From: Pseudomonadota bacterium | GTDB taxonomy: Bacteria > Pseudomonadota > Gammaproteobacteria > Pseudomonadales > Porticoccaceae | Assembly (NCBI GenBank): GCA_049325095.1 | Contig: JBMOPO010000040.1 | Span: 10,341-34,340 of the forward strand | Direction of reading: 5' to 3' | DNA length: 24,000 nucleotides | Shown here: in pieces, positions 13,063 to 22,268 of the stretch | Layout: the number at the start of each line of letters is the position of its first letter | Numbering within the stretch: position 1 is the stretch's first letter | The notes under the pieces: generated by a model | Database searches by the model: none | Told to the model about the DNA's origin: nothing | The model's input: only the letters and a program-made list of their open reading frames with translations | Made by a program: the position numbers and the translations under genes

Positions 13063-14710
13063 TCCGATCTTCGGGCCCGCTCTGAAGTTCGGAGTCCGGG
13101 ATCGACCGGGACGGATCACCGCCGTCGCCGTCGAGCACCAGATGGCGCAGCACCGGCGGCGCGCCGGCCAGCTCCGCCAGCTCTGATTCGAGCATCCGGT
13201 CCGCGCCGGTCAGCCGTTCCTGCAGGCGCAGATAGGCCAGCCAGGAGGGCACCCGGAAGGACTCGCGCAGCATTGCCGGCGGCCCGGGCAACTCACAGGC
13301 CTGCCAGCACTCGGCGCCGGCGCGCAGGCGCGCCAGCCGCAACCGCTGGAGCCGTTCGCGCATCGCTGCGCGCCGGCCGGCGCGCAGCGGATAGTCCAGG
13401 GTGACCAGCAGCGGGCCGCGCTGCAAGTCCGGTTCCGAAACGGGCGCCACCGGCGGAACCGCCGGCGTGCCCAGATTGCGATGCCCCTCCTGGGGAATGG
13501 GATAGCGGCGGCCGAGCAGCAGCGACAGCAGCATTCCCGAAACCGCGACGCCGATGCTGGCCTGGACGCTGAACAGGTCCGACAGCCAGCCCCAGAGCGC
13601 GCTGCCGGCGGCGACGCTGCCACCGTAGACCAGCATCACCAGCGCCAGCACGCGGGCCATCACCCAGGCCGGGGCGGTGGCCTGGGAAGCGACCACCAGC
13701 GACGAAAACAGCATGATCCAGCAGATGCCGACCACCAGCCCGAGCAGGCCCAGGGCGGCGTAGTTGCGGGTCCAGGCCATGGCGAGTACCGCCAGGGCGA
13801 AGATCGTGGAGGCGGTACCGAACACCTGGTTGCGGGTCAGTCGCCGCAGCAGCACCGGCAGCAGGTTGGCGCCGAGCAGCGAGCCGATCCCGGTGGTGCC
13901 CACCAGCAGCCCGTAGGTTTGCGGCGAGCTGCCCAGCTCGCGCAGGACGATGACCGGCAGCATGGACCAGAACACGCTGATGAACACGAAGCTGGCGGCG
14001 CAGCGCACCAGCACCGCGCGCAGTTCGGGGTCGTGGCGGGTGTAGCGCAACCCGCCGCGTAGCGCCGCGGAAAAGGTTTCCGGGGGCAGCCGGGTGTCGA
14101 CGTGAAAGGCTCGCGGGTGACGCCGGATCAGGGTGCCCAGCACGAACAGAAAGCTCAGGGCGTTGAGCGCAAAGACCGCCACCGGTCCGGCCGAGGCGAC
14201 CAGCAGGCCGCCGATCGCCGGGCCCGCCGCCTTGCTCAGGTTGGTGCTCAGCGAATTCAGGGTGATGGCGTTGGCCAGTTCACCGCGGGGTGCAAACGAG
14301 GGAATGTTGGCGGTCCAGGAGGGCCGCATCATGGCATTGCCCGCACCGAGACAGAAAGTCAGCAGCAATAGCCACCATTCGGTGGTGAGCTCCCGCGCGG
14401 TGATCAGGGTCAGAGCCACGGCTGAGGCCAGCAGCCAGACATGCAGCGCGATCAGCACCGTGCGGCGGTTGCAGATATCGCCCATCACACCGGCCGGATA
14501 GGAGAGCAGGAAGAACGGCAGCGTGGTCGCGGTCTGGATCAGCGCCACCATCAGGTTCGACGGCGCCATGGTGGCCATCAGCCAGGTGACCCCGACCTCG
14601 TTCATCCAGGTGCCCAGATTGGAAACCGTCATCCCGAGCCACATCACCCGGAACAGGGGATGCTTCATCGGCGACCAGATCGAGCGCGAAATGGGTGGCG
14701 GCTGGCCCAT
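12995..14710 (-). CDS. MFS transporter with ~165-aa soluble C-terminal extension
   Basis: About 12 hydrophobic helices, for example 'LFRVMWLGMTVSNLGTWMNEVGVTWLM' and 'PAGVMGDICNRR' (MFS loop 2-3 type motif). The C-terminal part after 'LLGRRYPIP' is hydrophilic. An alternative start is ATG 14668 (MKHPLFR). Confidence 0.85.
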   Translation of the reverse strand: MGQPPPISRSIWSPMKHPLFRVMWLGMTVSNLGTWMNEVGVTWLMATMAPSNLMVALIQTATTLPFFLLSYPAGVMGDICNRRTVLIALHVWLLASAVALTLITARELTTEWWLLLLTFCLGAGNAMMRPSWTANIPSFAPRGELANAITLNSLSTNLSKAAGPAIGGLLVASAGPVAVFALNALSFLFVLGTLIRRHPRAFHVDTRLPPETFSAALRGGLRYTRHDPELRAVLVRCAASFVFISVFWSMLPVIVLRELGSSPQTYGLLVGTTGIGSLLGANLLPVLLRRLTRNQVFGTASTIFALAVLAMAWTRNYAALGLLGLVVGICWIMLFSSLVVASQATAPAWVMARVLALVMLVYGGSVAAGSALWGWLSDLFSVQASIGVAVSGMLLSLLLGRRYPIPQEGHRNLGTPAVPPVAPVSEPDLQRGPLLVTLDYPLRAGRRAAMRERLQRLRLARLRAGAECWQACELPGPPAMLRESFRVPSWLAYLRLQERLTGADRMLESELAELAGAPPVLRHLVLDGDGGDPSRSIPDSELQSGPEDRIIARRDRVSRPPVSPGQQSPRG

Positions 14711-14849
14711 CGGATGACATCATGGCGGTGCCGGCGGCCGGCGGGAAGGTAGTGCCGCCCGACCCCGGGCGGCTGTCATCAAGCGGTCACAGTATAGCGG
14801 CGGCGCCGGCCCCGGAGCCCTGTCTCCGGGCCGGCGTCAGCGGGCTGTT

Positions 14850-16583
14850 TCAGGCCTGAGCGGCCGGAATCGGCACCGTCTCGGTATCGCGGCCGGAGCG
14901 CAGCACCTGCCCCGGGCGCTGGCCGGTGAGACTGTTGTCACGGACGATGGTCTCGCCCCTGACCATCACCCGGTGGATGCCCTCGGCTTCGCAATACAGG
15001 CGGCCGGCGCCGCCGGGGAGGTCGAACCGCATCGCCATGGCGCCCTTGCCGACTCGCTCGGGGTCGAACAGGACCAGGTCCGCAAGCCAGCCGACCGCAA
15101 TGCGACCCCGCTCCCTGAGTCCCATGAAACGCGCCGGCAGGTCGGTGATCTGGTGGACACCTTCCTCCAGGGTCAGCAGCCCGCGTTTGCGCACGCCTTC
15201 GCCGAGTACCGTGGTGCTGAACGCAAAGGTGTCGATCATGTCGAGGTGGGCGCCGGCATCGGAGGCGCCCACCAAGGTGCGGGGATCCTTCCACACCGCG
15301 CCGCGCAGCGCCCAGCTCTCCTCGTCATCGCCGCCCAGGCGTGGCAGGAAGCAGGTTTTCAGCTCGTCGGCCAGGGCGATATCGAAGAAAGCATCCGCCG
15401 GGCTCTGGCCCCGCTCGGCGGCGACCTCGGCCAGGGCGCGGCCCTGGTAGGCCCGGTTTTGGGGCGCGAAGGTCTGCTCGATGGTCATGGCGTTGAAGTT
15501 GCCCATCGCGCGCAGCAGCACCGGCACCTCGGGATGCGCCGCGCTCTCGATCAGCCGCGCCCGGGTGGCCGGATCGGCCAGCGCGCGCATCCGCTCCGGC
15601 ACCGGCAGGCCCAGCACCGCCGCCCAGCCGGGCAGGGCGTCGAGGCCGAAACCGCTCAGCAGGTTGAGGCGCAGCGAGACCGGCTGCGCAAAGGTCAGCG
15701 CGCGGATGGTGGCGCCGCGCGCGGCGGCGTAGTCGGCCGCCTGGATCTGGTTTTCGTAGATGGCGCGGGCGCCGGTGTTGACGATCAGCACGTTCCAGTT
15801 CAGCGAGCGCTGCGCTGCCAGCGACATGTCCGTCATCAGCTGCATATGCCGTTCTTCGAACGGCCCGACGGTGGGGATGAACTCCAGCAAGGTGCCGGGG
15901 TGCTCGCGCAGGCAACCGCTCAGGGCGATGAGTTCCGCGGCGTCGGCGGCGCGGGAGGGCACCGGATGGCCGGCGCCGTCGTTGTGGGTGGGCGCCTGGG
16001 AGGAGGAAAACCCCATGCCGCCCTCGGCGAGCGACTGGTGCAGCAGCCGTTGCATGGCTTCGAGTTGCGCGGGACTCGCCGGCCGATCCACCGCCGCTTC
16101 GCCCATCGCTGCGCGGCGCAGTGCCGAGTGGCCGACCAGGAACCCGATGTTCACCGCCGGGCGCTGCTCCTGGACGCGCTCCAGGTAGCTGCCGAAGGAG
16201 GTCCAGTTCCAGGGTACGCCGTCGCGCAGGCTCGCCAGCGGCATGCCCTCGACGCGCGCCAGCATGCGCATCAGGTAGTCGCTGCCCTCGGCGGTGAGCG
16301 GCGCCACCGAAAAGCCGCAGTTGCCGGCGAACATGCTGGTCACCCCGTGATAGCACGACGGGCTGAGCGCCGGATCCCAGAACACCTGGGCGTCGTAGTG
16401 GGTGTGGATGTCGACGAAGCCCGGCGACACCACCAGGCCGGTGGCGTCGATGGTTTCCCGTGCCGGCTCGTCGACCTTGCCGATGGCCGCGATACGTCCG
16501 CCCCTGATGCCGACATCGCCCCGGTAGCCTGGGCTGCCGGTGCCGTCGACGATGGTTCCGCCTTTGATCACTGTGTCCAACAT
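14850..16583 (-). CDS. N-acyl-D-amino-acid deacylase (D-aminoacylase) family amidohydrolase
   Basis: N-terminus 'VIKGGTIVDGTGSPGYRGDVGIRGGRIAAIG', metal-binding 'PGFVDIHTHYD' and 'GVTSMFAGNCGFSVAP'. 577 aa, typical for this family. Confidence 0.85.
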   Translation of the reverse strand: MLDTVIKGGTIVDGTGSPGYRGDVGIRGGRIAAIGKVDEPARETIDATGLVVSPGFVDIHTHYDAQVFWDPALSPSCYHGVTSMFAGNCGFSVAPLTAEGSDYLMRMLARVEGMPLASLRDGVPWNWTSFGSYLERVQEQRPAVNIGFLVGHSALRRAAMGEAAVDRPASPAQLEAMQRLLHQSLAEGGMGFSSSQAPTHNDGAGHPVPSRAADAAELIALSGCLREHPGTLLEFIPTVGPFEERHMQLMTDMSLAAQRSLNWNVLIVNTGARAIYENQIQAADYAAARGATIRALTFAQPVSLRLNLLSGFGLDALPGWAAVLGLPVPERMRALADPATRARLIESAAHPEVPVLLRAMGNFNAMTIEQTFAPQNRAYQGRALAEVAAERGQSPADAFFDIALADELKTCFLPRLGGDDEESWALRGAVWKDPRTLVGASDAGAHLDMIDTFAFSTTVLGEGVRKRGLLTLEEGVHQITDLPARFMGLRERGRIAVGWLADLVLFDPERVGKGAMAMRFDLPGGAGRLYCEAEGIHRVMVRGETIVRDNSLTGQRPGQVLRSGRDTETVPIPAAQA

Positions 16584-16714
16584 GGTTCACCCCCTGGGGA
16601 TTGTGGTTGGCATGCGTGGAAGGAATGTCGCTTCCAGCATAGCCCTCGGCGATTTCCGGGGGAAGCGTGATCCAGGGATCCGCAACAGGGGACGACGCGA
16701 AGTGGGGTCGCGGA

Positions 16715-17083
16715 TCAACCATCCGGTCGCGGGTCGGCTGCGAACTCCAGCGGCCCGGCCCAGATCGCCAGCACCACGCAGCCCTCGTCGCTGACCACCG
16801 CGTGCCGACTGCCGGGCGGGCTCACCAGCAGGGTTCCGGCCGGATAGTGCCCAGCGCCGTCGCGCTGCGAGCCGCGCAGCACCAGGATGTGCTCGTAGTC
16901 GGTGTGGTGGTGTGCGGGTACCGCGGCGCCCGGCGCGTAGCGCAGCAGGGCCGCCGCCGGGCCCTGTCCGGGTCGGCCGTACAGCGCGTGGAAGTCCACC
17001 CCCGGCCGCAGCGGCTGCCAGTCCAGTTGCTCGGGGTCCGCGGCGCGCTGCAGCAGCTCGAGAAACGCCTGTGACTGCGCCAC
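16715..17083 (-). CDS. cupin domain protein (ChrR-like cupin)
   Basis: '[17 protein letters not shown]....[53 protein letters not shown]' carries the two-His cupin motifs. The only plausible start is GTG 17083. The rest of the 371-aa track ORF upstream is out-of-frame shadow of the hydrolase gene. Confidence 0.65.
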   Translation of the reverse strand: MAQSQAFLELLQRAADPEQLDWQPLRPGVDFHALYGRPGQGPAAALLRYAPGAAVPAHHHTDYEHILVLRGSQRDGAGHYPAGTLLVSPPGSRHAVVSDEGCVVLAIWAGPLEFAADPRPDG

Positions 17084-17769
17084 CAGGCCGCCAGCGCGGC
17101 GAGCAACGCCGCCGACTCGGCCACCGCGCCGAACACCCCGCCCTGCATGGTGACCATCTTGAGCGCCGCCAGGTGATTGCCGTGGTCGGTGGCGCCGCAG
17201 CAGTCGGCCAGGATCAGGCACTCGAAGCCGCGGTCGTTGGCCTCGCGCATGGTGGTGTGCACGCACACATCTGTGGTGATGCCGGTCAGCACCAGGTTGC
17301 GGATGCCGCGCGTGTGCAGCAGCAGTTCGAGATCCGTGGCGCAGAACGAGCCCTTGCCCGGCTTGTCGATCACCGGCTCGCCGGGCAGCGGCGCCAGCTC
17401 CGGGATGATTTCCCAGCCCGGTTCGCCGCGCACCAGAATCCTGCCGCAGGGGCCGGGGTCGCCGATGCCGGCGCCGATGCGCTGCGAGCGCCAGCGCTTG
17501 TTGGCCGGCAGGTCGGCAAGATCCGGCCGGTGCCCCTCGCGGGTGTGGATGATGTGAAAGCCGCCGGCGCGAAACGCCGCGAGTACCGCGCGCAGCGGCT
17601 CGATCGGCGCGCGTGTCAGCGAGATGTCGTAGCCCATGGCATCGACATAGCCGCCCGGCCCGCAGAAGTCGGTCTGCATGTCGATCACGATCAATGCCGT
17701 GTTGGCCGGGCGCAGGTCGCCGTCGAACGGCCAGGGGTAGGGGTTGGCGTCGATGTGCAGGGGGGGCAT
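16822..17769 (-). CDS. isochorismatase-family cysteine hydrolase (amidohydrolase; biuret hydrolase/RutB-like by context), with aberrant 3' extension
   Basis: GGAGG SD lies before ATG 17769. Catalytic triad contexts '[10 protein letters not shown]' (Asp), '[10 protein letters not shown]' (Lys) and '[13 protein letters not shown]' (Cys). The recognisable domain ends near 17086 ('[12 protein letters not shown]'). The remaining ~87 codons are Arg/Ser/Thr/Cys-rich and overlap the cupin gene out of frame. Confidence 0.8.
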   Translation of the reverse strand: MPPLHIDANPYPWPFDGDLRPANTALIVIDMQTDFCGPGGYVDAMGYDISLTRAPIEPLRAVLAAFRAGGFHIIHTREGHRPDLADLPANKRWRSQRIGAGIGDPGPCGRILVRGEPGWEIIPELAPLPGEPVIDKPGKGSFCATDLELLLHTRGIRNLVLTGITTDVCVHTTMREANDRGFECLILADCCGATDHGNHLAALKMVTMQGGVFGAVAESAALLAALAAWWRSHRRFSSCCSAPRTPSNWTGSRCGRGWTSTRCTADPDRARRRPCCATRRAPRYPHTTTPTTSTSWCCAARSATALGTIRPEPCW

Positions 17770-17857
17770 TGCATCCTCCGGATTGGCCGCCGGTCCGGGC
17801 CCCGAACCGGCGGGTATGGTAATTGGCCAAGGCAACTTTCGCGCCCGGCCCTGATGT

Positions 17858-19408
17858 TCAATGGCCGTCCGCCATGTGGCGGCCGATCTCGGCGCGGTCG
17901 CAGGCGGCGCTGTCCGCCTCGTGGACGATGCGCCCGCCGCGGATCACCAGCAGGCGGTCGGCGAGAGCGAGCAGTTCGTCGAGATCGTCGCTCGCCACCA
18001 GCACCGCGGCGCCGGCATTGCGCGCCGCGATGAGGCGGGCATGGATGTCCGCGGCGGCGCGAAAGTCGAGCCCGAAGCTGGGGTTGGCGACGATCAGCAC
18101 GTTCACCGGCGCGGACAGCTCGCGGGCCAGCACCGCGCGTTGGACGTTGCCGCCGGAGAGGGTCTCGATCGGGCGCAACGGGTCGGGCGGGCGGACATCG
18201 AACGCGGCGATGCGCTCGCGTGCCTGAGCGCGGATCGCCGCGTGCGAGACCAAGGCGCCTGCGCGGCGGATCGGCGGCCGGTCGAAGTTGCGCAGCGCCA
18301 GGTTGTCGGCCACCGACAGCCCGCCGACGCAACCCTTGAACAGCGGCTCCTCGGGAAGCGCGAACACGCGGTGGCGGTGCATCTGCGCGCGCGTCGCGCG
18401 GTACGGCGCGCCGTCGATCGTCAGCGTGCCGCCGCTCGCCTCGCGCTGGCCGCTGAGCGCCTCGATCAGCTCCTTCTGGCCGTTGCCGGCAATGCCGGCC
18501 AGCCCCACCAGCTCGCCGCCATGCACCCTCAGCGAAACCTCGTGCACGCGCACCAGGCCGCGATCGTCGAGCACCCGCAGCCGCTCGACGACGAGCCTGG
18601 GCGCGCCCCTGCCCGGCCGCCGCGGCAGCGCGCGCGTGCCCTCGCCGGCGGCGACCGGCGCCTCGGCCTCGCCCATGATCCATTGCGCCAGCTGCTGCGG
18701 CGTCGTGCCGGCCACCGGCGCCTGCGCAACGCGGCGGCCGCGGCGCAGCACCGTCACCGCGTCGGCGTAGGCGAGCACCTCGCGGAACTTGTGCGTGATC
18801 AGCAGCACGCTGATGTCGCCGGCATGCGCCATATCGCACAGGAGCCCCAGCATCTCGTCGGCTTCCTGCAGCGTCAGCACCGAGGTGGGTTCGTCGAGGA
18901 TCAGCAGCCGCTGCCGGAGGTAGAGCTGTTTGAGGACTTCGAGCTTCTGCTTTTCGCCGGCACTGAGACTCGCCACCGGTGCCGCGAGCGGCACCCGGAA
19001 CGGCGCGCCGGCCATGAAGGCTTCCAGCTCGGCGCGCACGCGCCGCCAACCGATCCGCAGCGGCAGCCGGTCGCGCGCGAGCAGCAGGTTCTCGGCGACC
19101 GACAGGCCCGGCGCCAGGGTGAAATGCTGGTACACCATGCCGATGCCGAGCTGCTGCGCGGCGCGCGGATCGGCGATGTCCACCTCGCGGTTGTCGAGCA
19201 GGATCTGGCCCTGGTCGAGCCGCTGGTAGCCGATCAGGCCCTTGACCAGGGTGCTCTTGCCGGCGCCGTTCTCGCCGAGCAGCGCGTGCACGCTGCCCGG
19301 CGCCACGCGCAGCGAAACATCATCCAGCGCGCGGAAGGCGCCGAACGACTTGCCGGCGCCGATTATTTCGAGCGTGCCGGCGCGCGCGCTGTGGGCGGCT
19401 TCGCTCAT
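17858..19408 (-). CDS. ABC transporter ATP-binding protein, tandem NBD (sugar/nucleoside-BMP type)
   Basis: NBD1: Walker A 'GENGAGKST', signature 'LSAGEKQK', Walker B 'LLILDEPT'. NBD2: '[10 protein letters not shown]', '[15 protein letters not shown]', '[11 protein letters not shown]'. The start is ATG 19408 (MSEAAH). The longer track ORF to 20242 is shadow over the permease gene. Confidence 0.9.
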   Translation of the reverse strand: MSEAAHSARAGTLEIIGAGKSFGAFRALDDVSLRVAPGSVHALLGENGAGKSTLVKGLIGYQRLDQGQILLDNREVDIADPRAAQQLGIGMVYQHFTLAPGLSVAENLLLARDRLPLRIGWRRVRAELEAFMAGAPFRVPLAAPVASLSAGEKQKLEVLKQLYLRQRLLILDEPTSVLTLQEADEMLGLLCDMAHAGDISVLLITHKFREVLAYADAVTVLRRGRRVAQAPVAGTTPQQLAQWIMGEAEAPVAAGEGTRALPRRPGRGAPRLVVERLRVLDDRGLVRVHEVSLRVHGGELVGLAGIAGNGQKELIEALSGQREASGGTLTIDGAPYRATRAQMHRHRVFALPEEPLFKGCVGGLSVADNLALRNFDRPPIRRAGALVSHAAIRAQARERIAAFDVRPPDPLRPIETLSGGNVQRAVLARELSAPVNVLIVANPSFGLDFRAAADIHARLIAARNAGAAVLVASDDLDELLALADRLLVIRGGRIVHEADSAACDRAEIGRHMADGH

Positions 19409-19413
19409 CCTCG

Positions 19414-20334
19414 TCACCGCGTCAGCGACAGTTCGCCGGGTGCGCCGGCCAGCGTCTGTCGCGGCCTGGAGCTGGCGATCATGATCGCCAGCGTCAGCGC
19501 GTAGGGCGCCGCGTTGAACAGGTGATAGCCGGCCGAGTAGCCGATCGCCTGCAGCGCCGGCCCCAGCGCGCCGGCGGCGCCGAACAGCAGCGCGGCGGCC
19601 AGGCAGCCGAGCGGCCGCCAGCGGGCGAAGATCACCAGCGCCACCGCCATGATGCCCTGGCCGCTCGACAGGCCCTCGCTCCAGGAGCCGGGGTAGACCA
19701 GCGACAGGTAGGCGCCGCCGATGCCGGCGCAGGCGCCGCCCGCGGCCGTGGCGAGGATGCGCACTAGGCGCACCGGACAGGCCAGCGCGCGGGCCGCGCC
19801 CTCGTGATCGCCGACCAGGCGCAGCACCAGACCGGGCCGGGTGCTGCGCAAGCCCCAGTGCAGCACTCCGGCCAGCAGCAGCCCGAGCGGAAACAGTGGG
19901 TTGACCGCCAGTGCCGTGCGCCAGCGGGGGTCTTCGAGCCAGGTGCCCAGGGGCAGGCTGGCGAGCTGTGGTGCCTGCGGCTGGATGTAAGGCTTGCCGA
20001 GAAAGAATGCGAGCCCGGTGCCGAGCAGCATCAGCGCGATGCCGAAGGCGATGTCGTTGACCCGCGGCAGCGAGCACACCAGGCCGTGCAGCAGTCCGAG
20101 CAGCAGGCCGACCCCCGCGGCGCACACCACCCCGGTCCAGGCCGACTGGCTGAGGTAGGCGGCGGCATAGGCGGACATGGCGCCCGCCACCAGGATGCCT
20201 TCGAGGCCCAGATTCACCCGCCCGCTTTTCTCGGTGATGCACTCGCCGAGACTGACGAACAGGTAGGGGGTGCCGACCCGGATCGCGCCGCCGACGATGC
20301 CGATGGCCAAAGTGGTCAGGGCGTCCTCAGCCAT
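19414..20334 (-). CDS. ABC transporter permease (BMP/simple-sugar family)
   Basis: 306 aa, multi-TM. 'TPYLFVSLGECITEKSGRVNLGLEGIL' is typical of this permease family. Its start overlaps the upstream permease stop by 8 nt. Confidence 0.88.
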   Translation of the reverse strand: MAEDALTTLAIGIVGGAIRVGTPYLFVSLGECITEKSGRVNLGLEGILVAGAMSAYAAAYLSQSAWTGVVCAAGVGLLLGLLHGLVCSLPRVNDIAFGIALMLLGTGLAFFLGKPYIQPQAPQLASLPLGTWLEDPRWRTALAVNPLFPLGLLLAGVLHWGLRSTRPGLVLRLVGDHEGAARALACPVRLVRILATAAGGACAGIGGAYLSLVYPGSWSEGLSSGQGIMAVALVIFARWRPLGCLAAALLFGAAGALGPALQAIGYSAGYHLFNAAPYALTLAIMIASSRPRQTLAGAPGELSLTR

Positions 20335-21076
20335 GGCGCGGCTCCGCGCTCGGCCCCAGCCGCAGCCGCCAGGTGCCGACGCGCCCTTGCAGCGCCTCCC
20401 AGGCCAGCAGGTTGGCGAAGATCAGCCCTTGCAGCACCAGGGTCGCCGCATCGGGCAGATCGAGCCGGCGTTGCAGCAGGCTGCCACTGGCGCCTATGCC
20501 GCCGACCAGCACCGCGCACAGGATCACCGCGAGCGGGTTCTGGTGCGCCGCGAAGGCCACCAGGATGCCGGCGGTGCCGTAGCCGGACAGCAGCGAGGCA
20601 TTGGCGCTGCCCTGCACCGCGGCGACCTCGAACATGCCGGCGAGCCCGGCCGCTGCGCCGCCGGCCGCGCAGGCGCCGATCACCAGCCAGCCGGCCAGCA
20701 TCGCGGCGAGCGCCATCAGCGGCAGCGCCAGTGCGGCCGGCAGGCCGGGCGCGACGATCGCCAGCGTACCGGCGGCCAGGCCACCGAGCGCCAGCGTGCC
20801 CTCGCCGCCGATCACGATCAGCCCGGCACGCGCAGGCAGCAGCACGCACAGCGCCGTCAGCATCAGCGGCGCCGCGCGCTGCAGGGTGTTGGCGAGCGCG
20901 AACGGCGAGCCGAAGGCGCCCCGCCACATTAGGCCCAGGGCCTGCGCCGCCGACACGCCGTGCAGCTCCAGAAACAGCGCAAACAGCGCCAAGGCCGCGG
21001 CAGTGGCCAGCGTCGTGGGCAGTGCGCCGGCTGCCGCACCGGCCGCCCGGCGCAGGGCGGGAGCCGCCGGGATCAT
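20327..21076 (-). CDS. ABC transporter permease (BMP/simple-sugar family), unusually short
   Basis: 249 aa starting at 'MIPAAP'. ATG 21076 overlaps the binding-protein stop as ATGA. Family motifs present: 'TLQRAAPLMLTALCVLLPARAGLIVIGGEGTL' and 'GYGTAGILVAFAAHQNPLAVIL'. The upstream part of the 475-aa track ORF is shadow. Confidence 0.8.
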   Translation of the reverse strand: MIPAAPALRRAAGAAAGALPTTLATAAALALFALFLELHGVSAAQALGLMWRGAFGSPFALANTLQRAAPLMLTALCVLLPARAGLIVIGGEGTLALGGLAAGTLAIVAPGLPAALALPLMALAAMLAGWLVIGACAAGGAAAGLAGMFEVAAVQGSANASLLSGYGTAGILVAFAAHQNPLAVILCAVLVGGIGASGSLLQRRLDLPDAATLVLQGLIFANLLAWEALQGRVGTWRLRLGPSAEPRHG

Positions 21077-22179
21077 CCCGGGATCGAGCCGATGACGCCT
21101 TCGACCAGGTAGTTCATGCTCTCCAGCGCAAGGTCGGTCTGCTTCAGCGTCGTACCCGCGGCGATCACGGTGTTGCCGCCGTTGTCCTTGAGCGGTCCTG
21201 TGAAGATGTCGAAGCTGGCGGCCAGCATCGCCGCCCGGGTCTGGTCGATCTGGGTGCGGGCGGGCGCCGGTGTCGCCGCGGTGTAGGCGGACATCCTGAC
21301 GAAGCCCTCCCTGAGGCCGCCGCGGGTGAAGTTCGAAAACGGCGCGCCGGACTGCGCGGCGGCGACGTACTGTCGGTAGACCGTCTCCCAGTTCCATTCG
21401 GCGCCGGTCAGGTAGTGCCTGGGCGCGAGCACCGACTGGTCGGCGTGGTAGCCGCACACGAACAGGCCGCGCCGGGTGGCGGTCTCGACCAGCACCTTGG
21501 GACTGTCGACGTGGCAGGTGACGACGTCGACACCCTGGTCGGCGAGCGAGTTGGTCGCCTCGGCTTCCTTGACCGGCAGGGACCAGTCGCCGGTGAAGAT
21601 CACCTGGGTGGTGATGTCCGGCCGCACCGAGCGCGCGCCCAGGGTGAAGGCATTGATGTTGCGCAGCACCTGCGGGATCGGCTTGGCGGCGACGAAGCCG
21701 AGCTTGCCGGACTTGCTGGCGTGGCCGGCGGCGATGCCGTTCAGATACTGGCATTCGTCGATGTAGCCGAAGTAGCTGCCGACGTTGGCCGGATCCCTAC
21801 CGGCCTGCCACAACCCGCCGCAGTGGGCGAAGCGCACCGCCGGATACCTGGGTGCGAGCTTGACCACGTGGGGGAAATAGCCGAACGAGGTCGCGAAGAT
21901 CAGCCCGGCGCCGTCCTCGACGATCATGGCTTCCATGACCTTCTGCACGGCGACGGTCTCGGGCACGTTCTCCTGCTCGACGACCTTGACGCCGGCCAGG
22001 CCTTTGAGCTTGGCGACCGCCTGCGCGTGCGCCTGGTTGTAGCCGTAGTCGTCGTGGGGGCCGACGTAGAGCGCGCCGACCACCAGCGGTTCCGCGGCGC
22101 GCGCGCGCCCGAACGGCAGTGCCGCGGTGGCCGCCAGCGCGGCGGTGGACGCGAGAAAGCGACGGCGATCGATGTTCAT
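21073..22179 (-). CDS. BMP-family ABC transporter substrate-binding protein with Tat signal
   Basis: GAGGAG SD. Twin-arginine signal 'MNIDRRRFLASTAALAATAALPFGRARA'. Body motifs 'GALYVGPHDDYGYNQAH' and 'GFVAAKPIPQVLRNINAFTLGA' are typical of BMP/PnrA-like binding proteins. Confidence 0.9.
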   Translation of the reverse strand: MNIDRRRFLASTAALAATAALPFGRARAAEPLVVGALYVGPHDDYGYNQAHAQAVAKLKGLAGVKVVEQENVPETVAVQKVMEAMIVEDGAGLIFATSFGYFPHVVKLAPRYPAVRFAHCGGLWQAGRDPANVGSYFGYIDECQYLNGIAAGHASKSGKLGFVAAKPIPQVLRNINAFTLGARSVRPDITTQVIFTGDWSLPVKEAEATNSLADQGVDVVTCHVDSPKVLVETATRRGLFVCGYHADQSVLAPRHYLTGAEWNWETVYRQYVAAAQSGAPFSNFTRGGLREGFVRMSAYTAATPAPARTQIDQTRAAMLAASFDIFTGPLKDNGGNTVIAAGTTLKQTDLALESMNYLVEGVIGSIPG

Positions 22180-22268
22180 GGGTTAAAGCTCCTCTGGTAA
22201 TGAACGGTTGCGGGACCCTGCACCGCCCCGGCCCGCGGGCCGAGAGCGCGGGCGGAGGATGGAACCTG

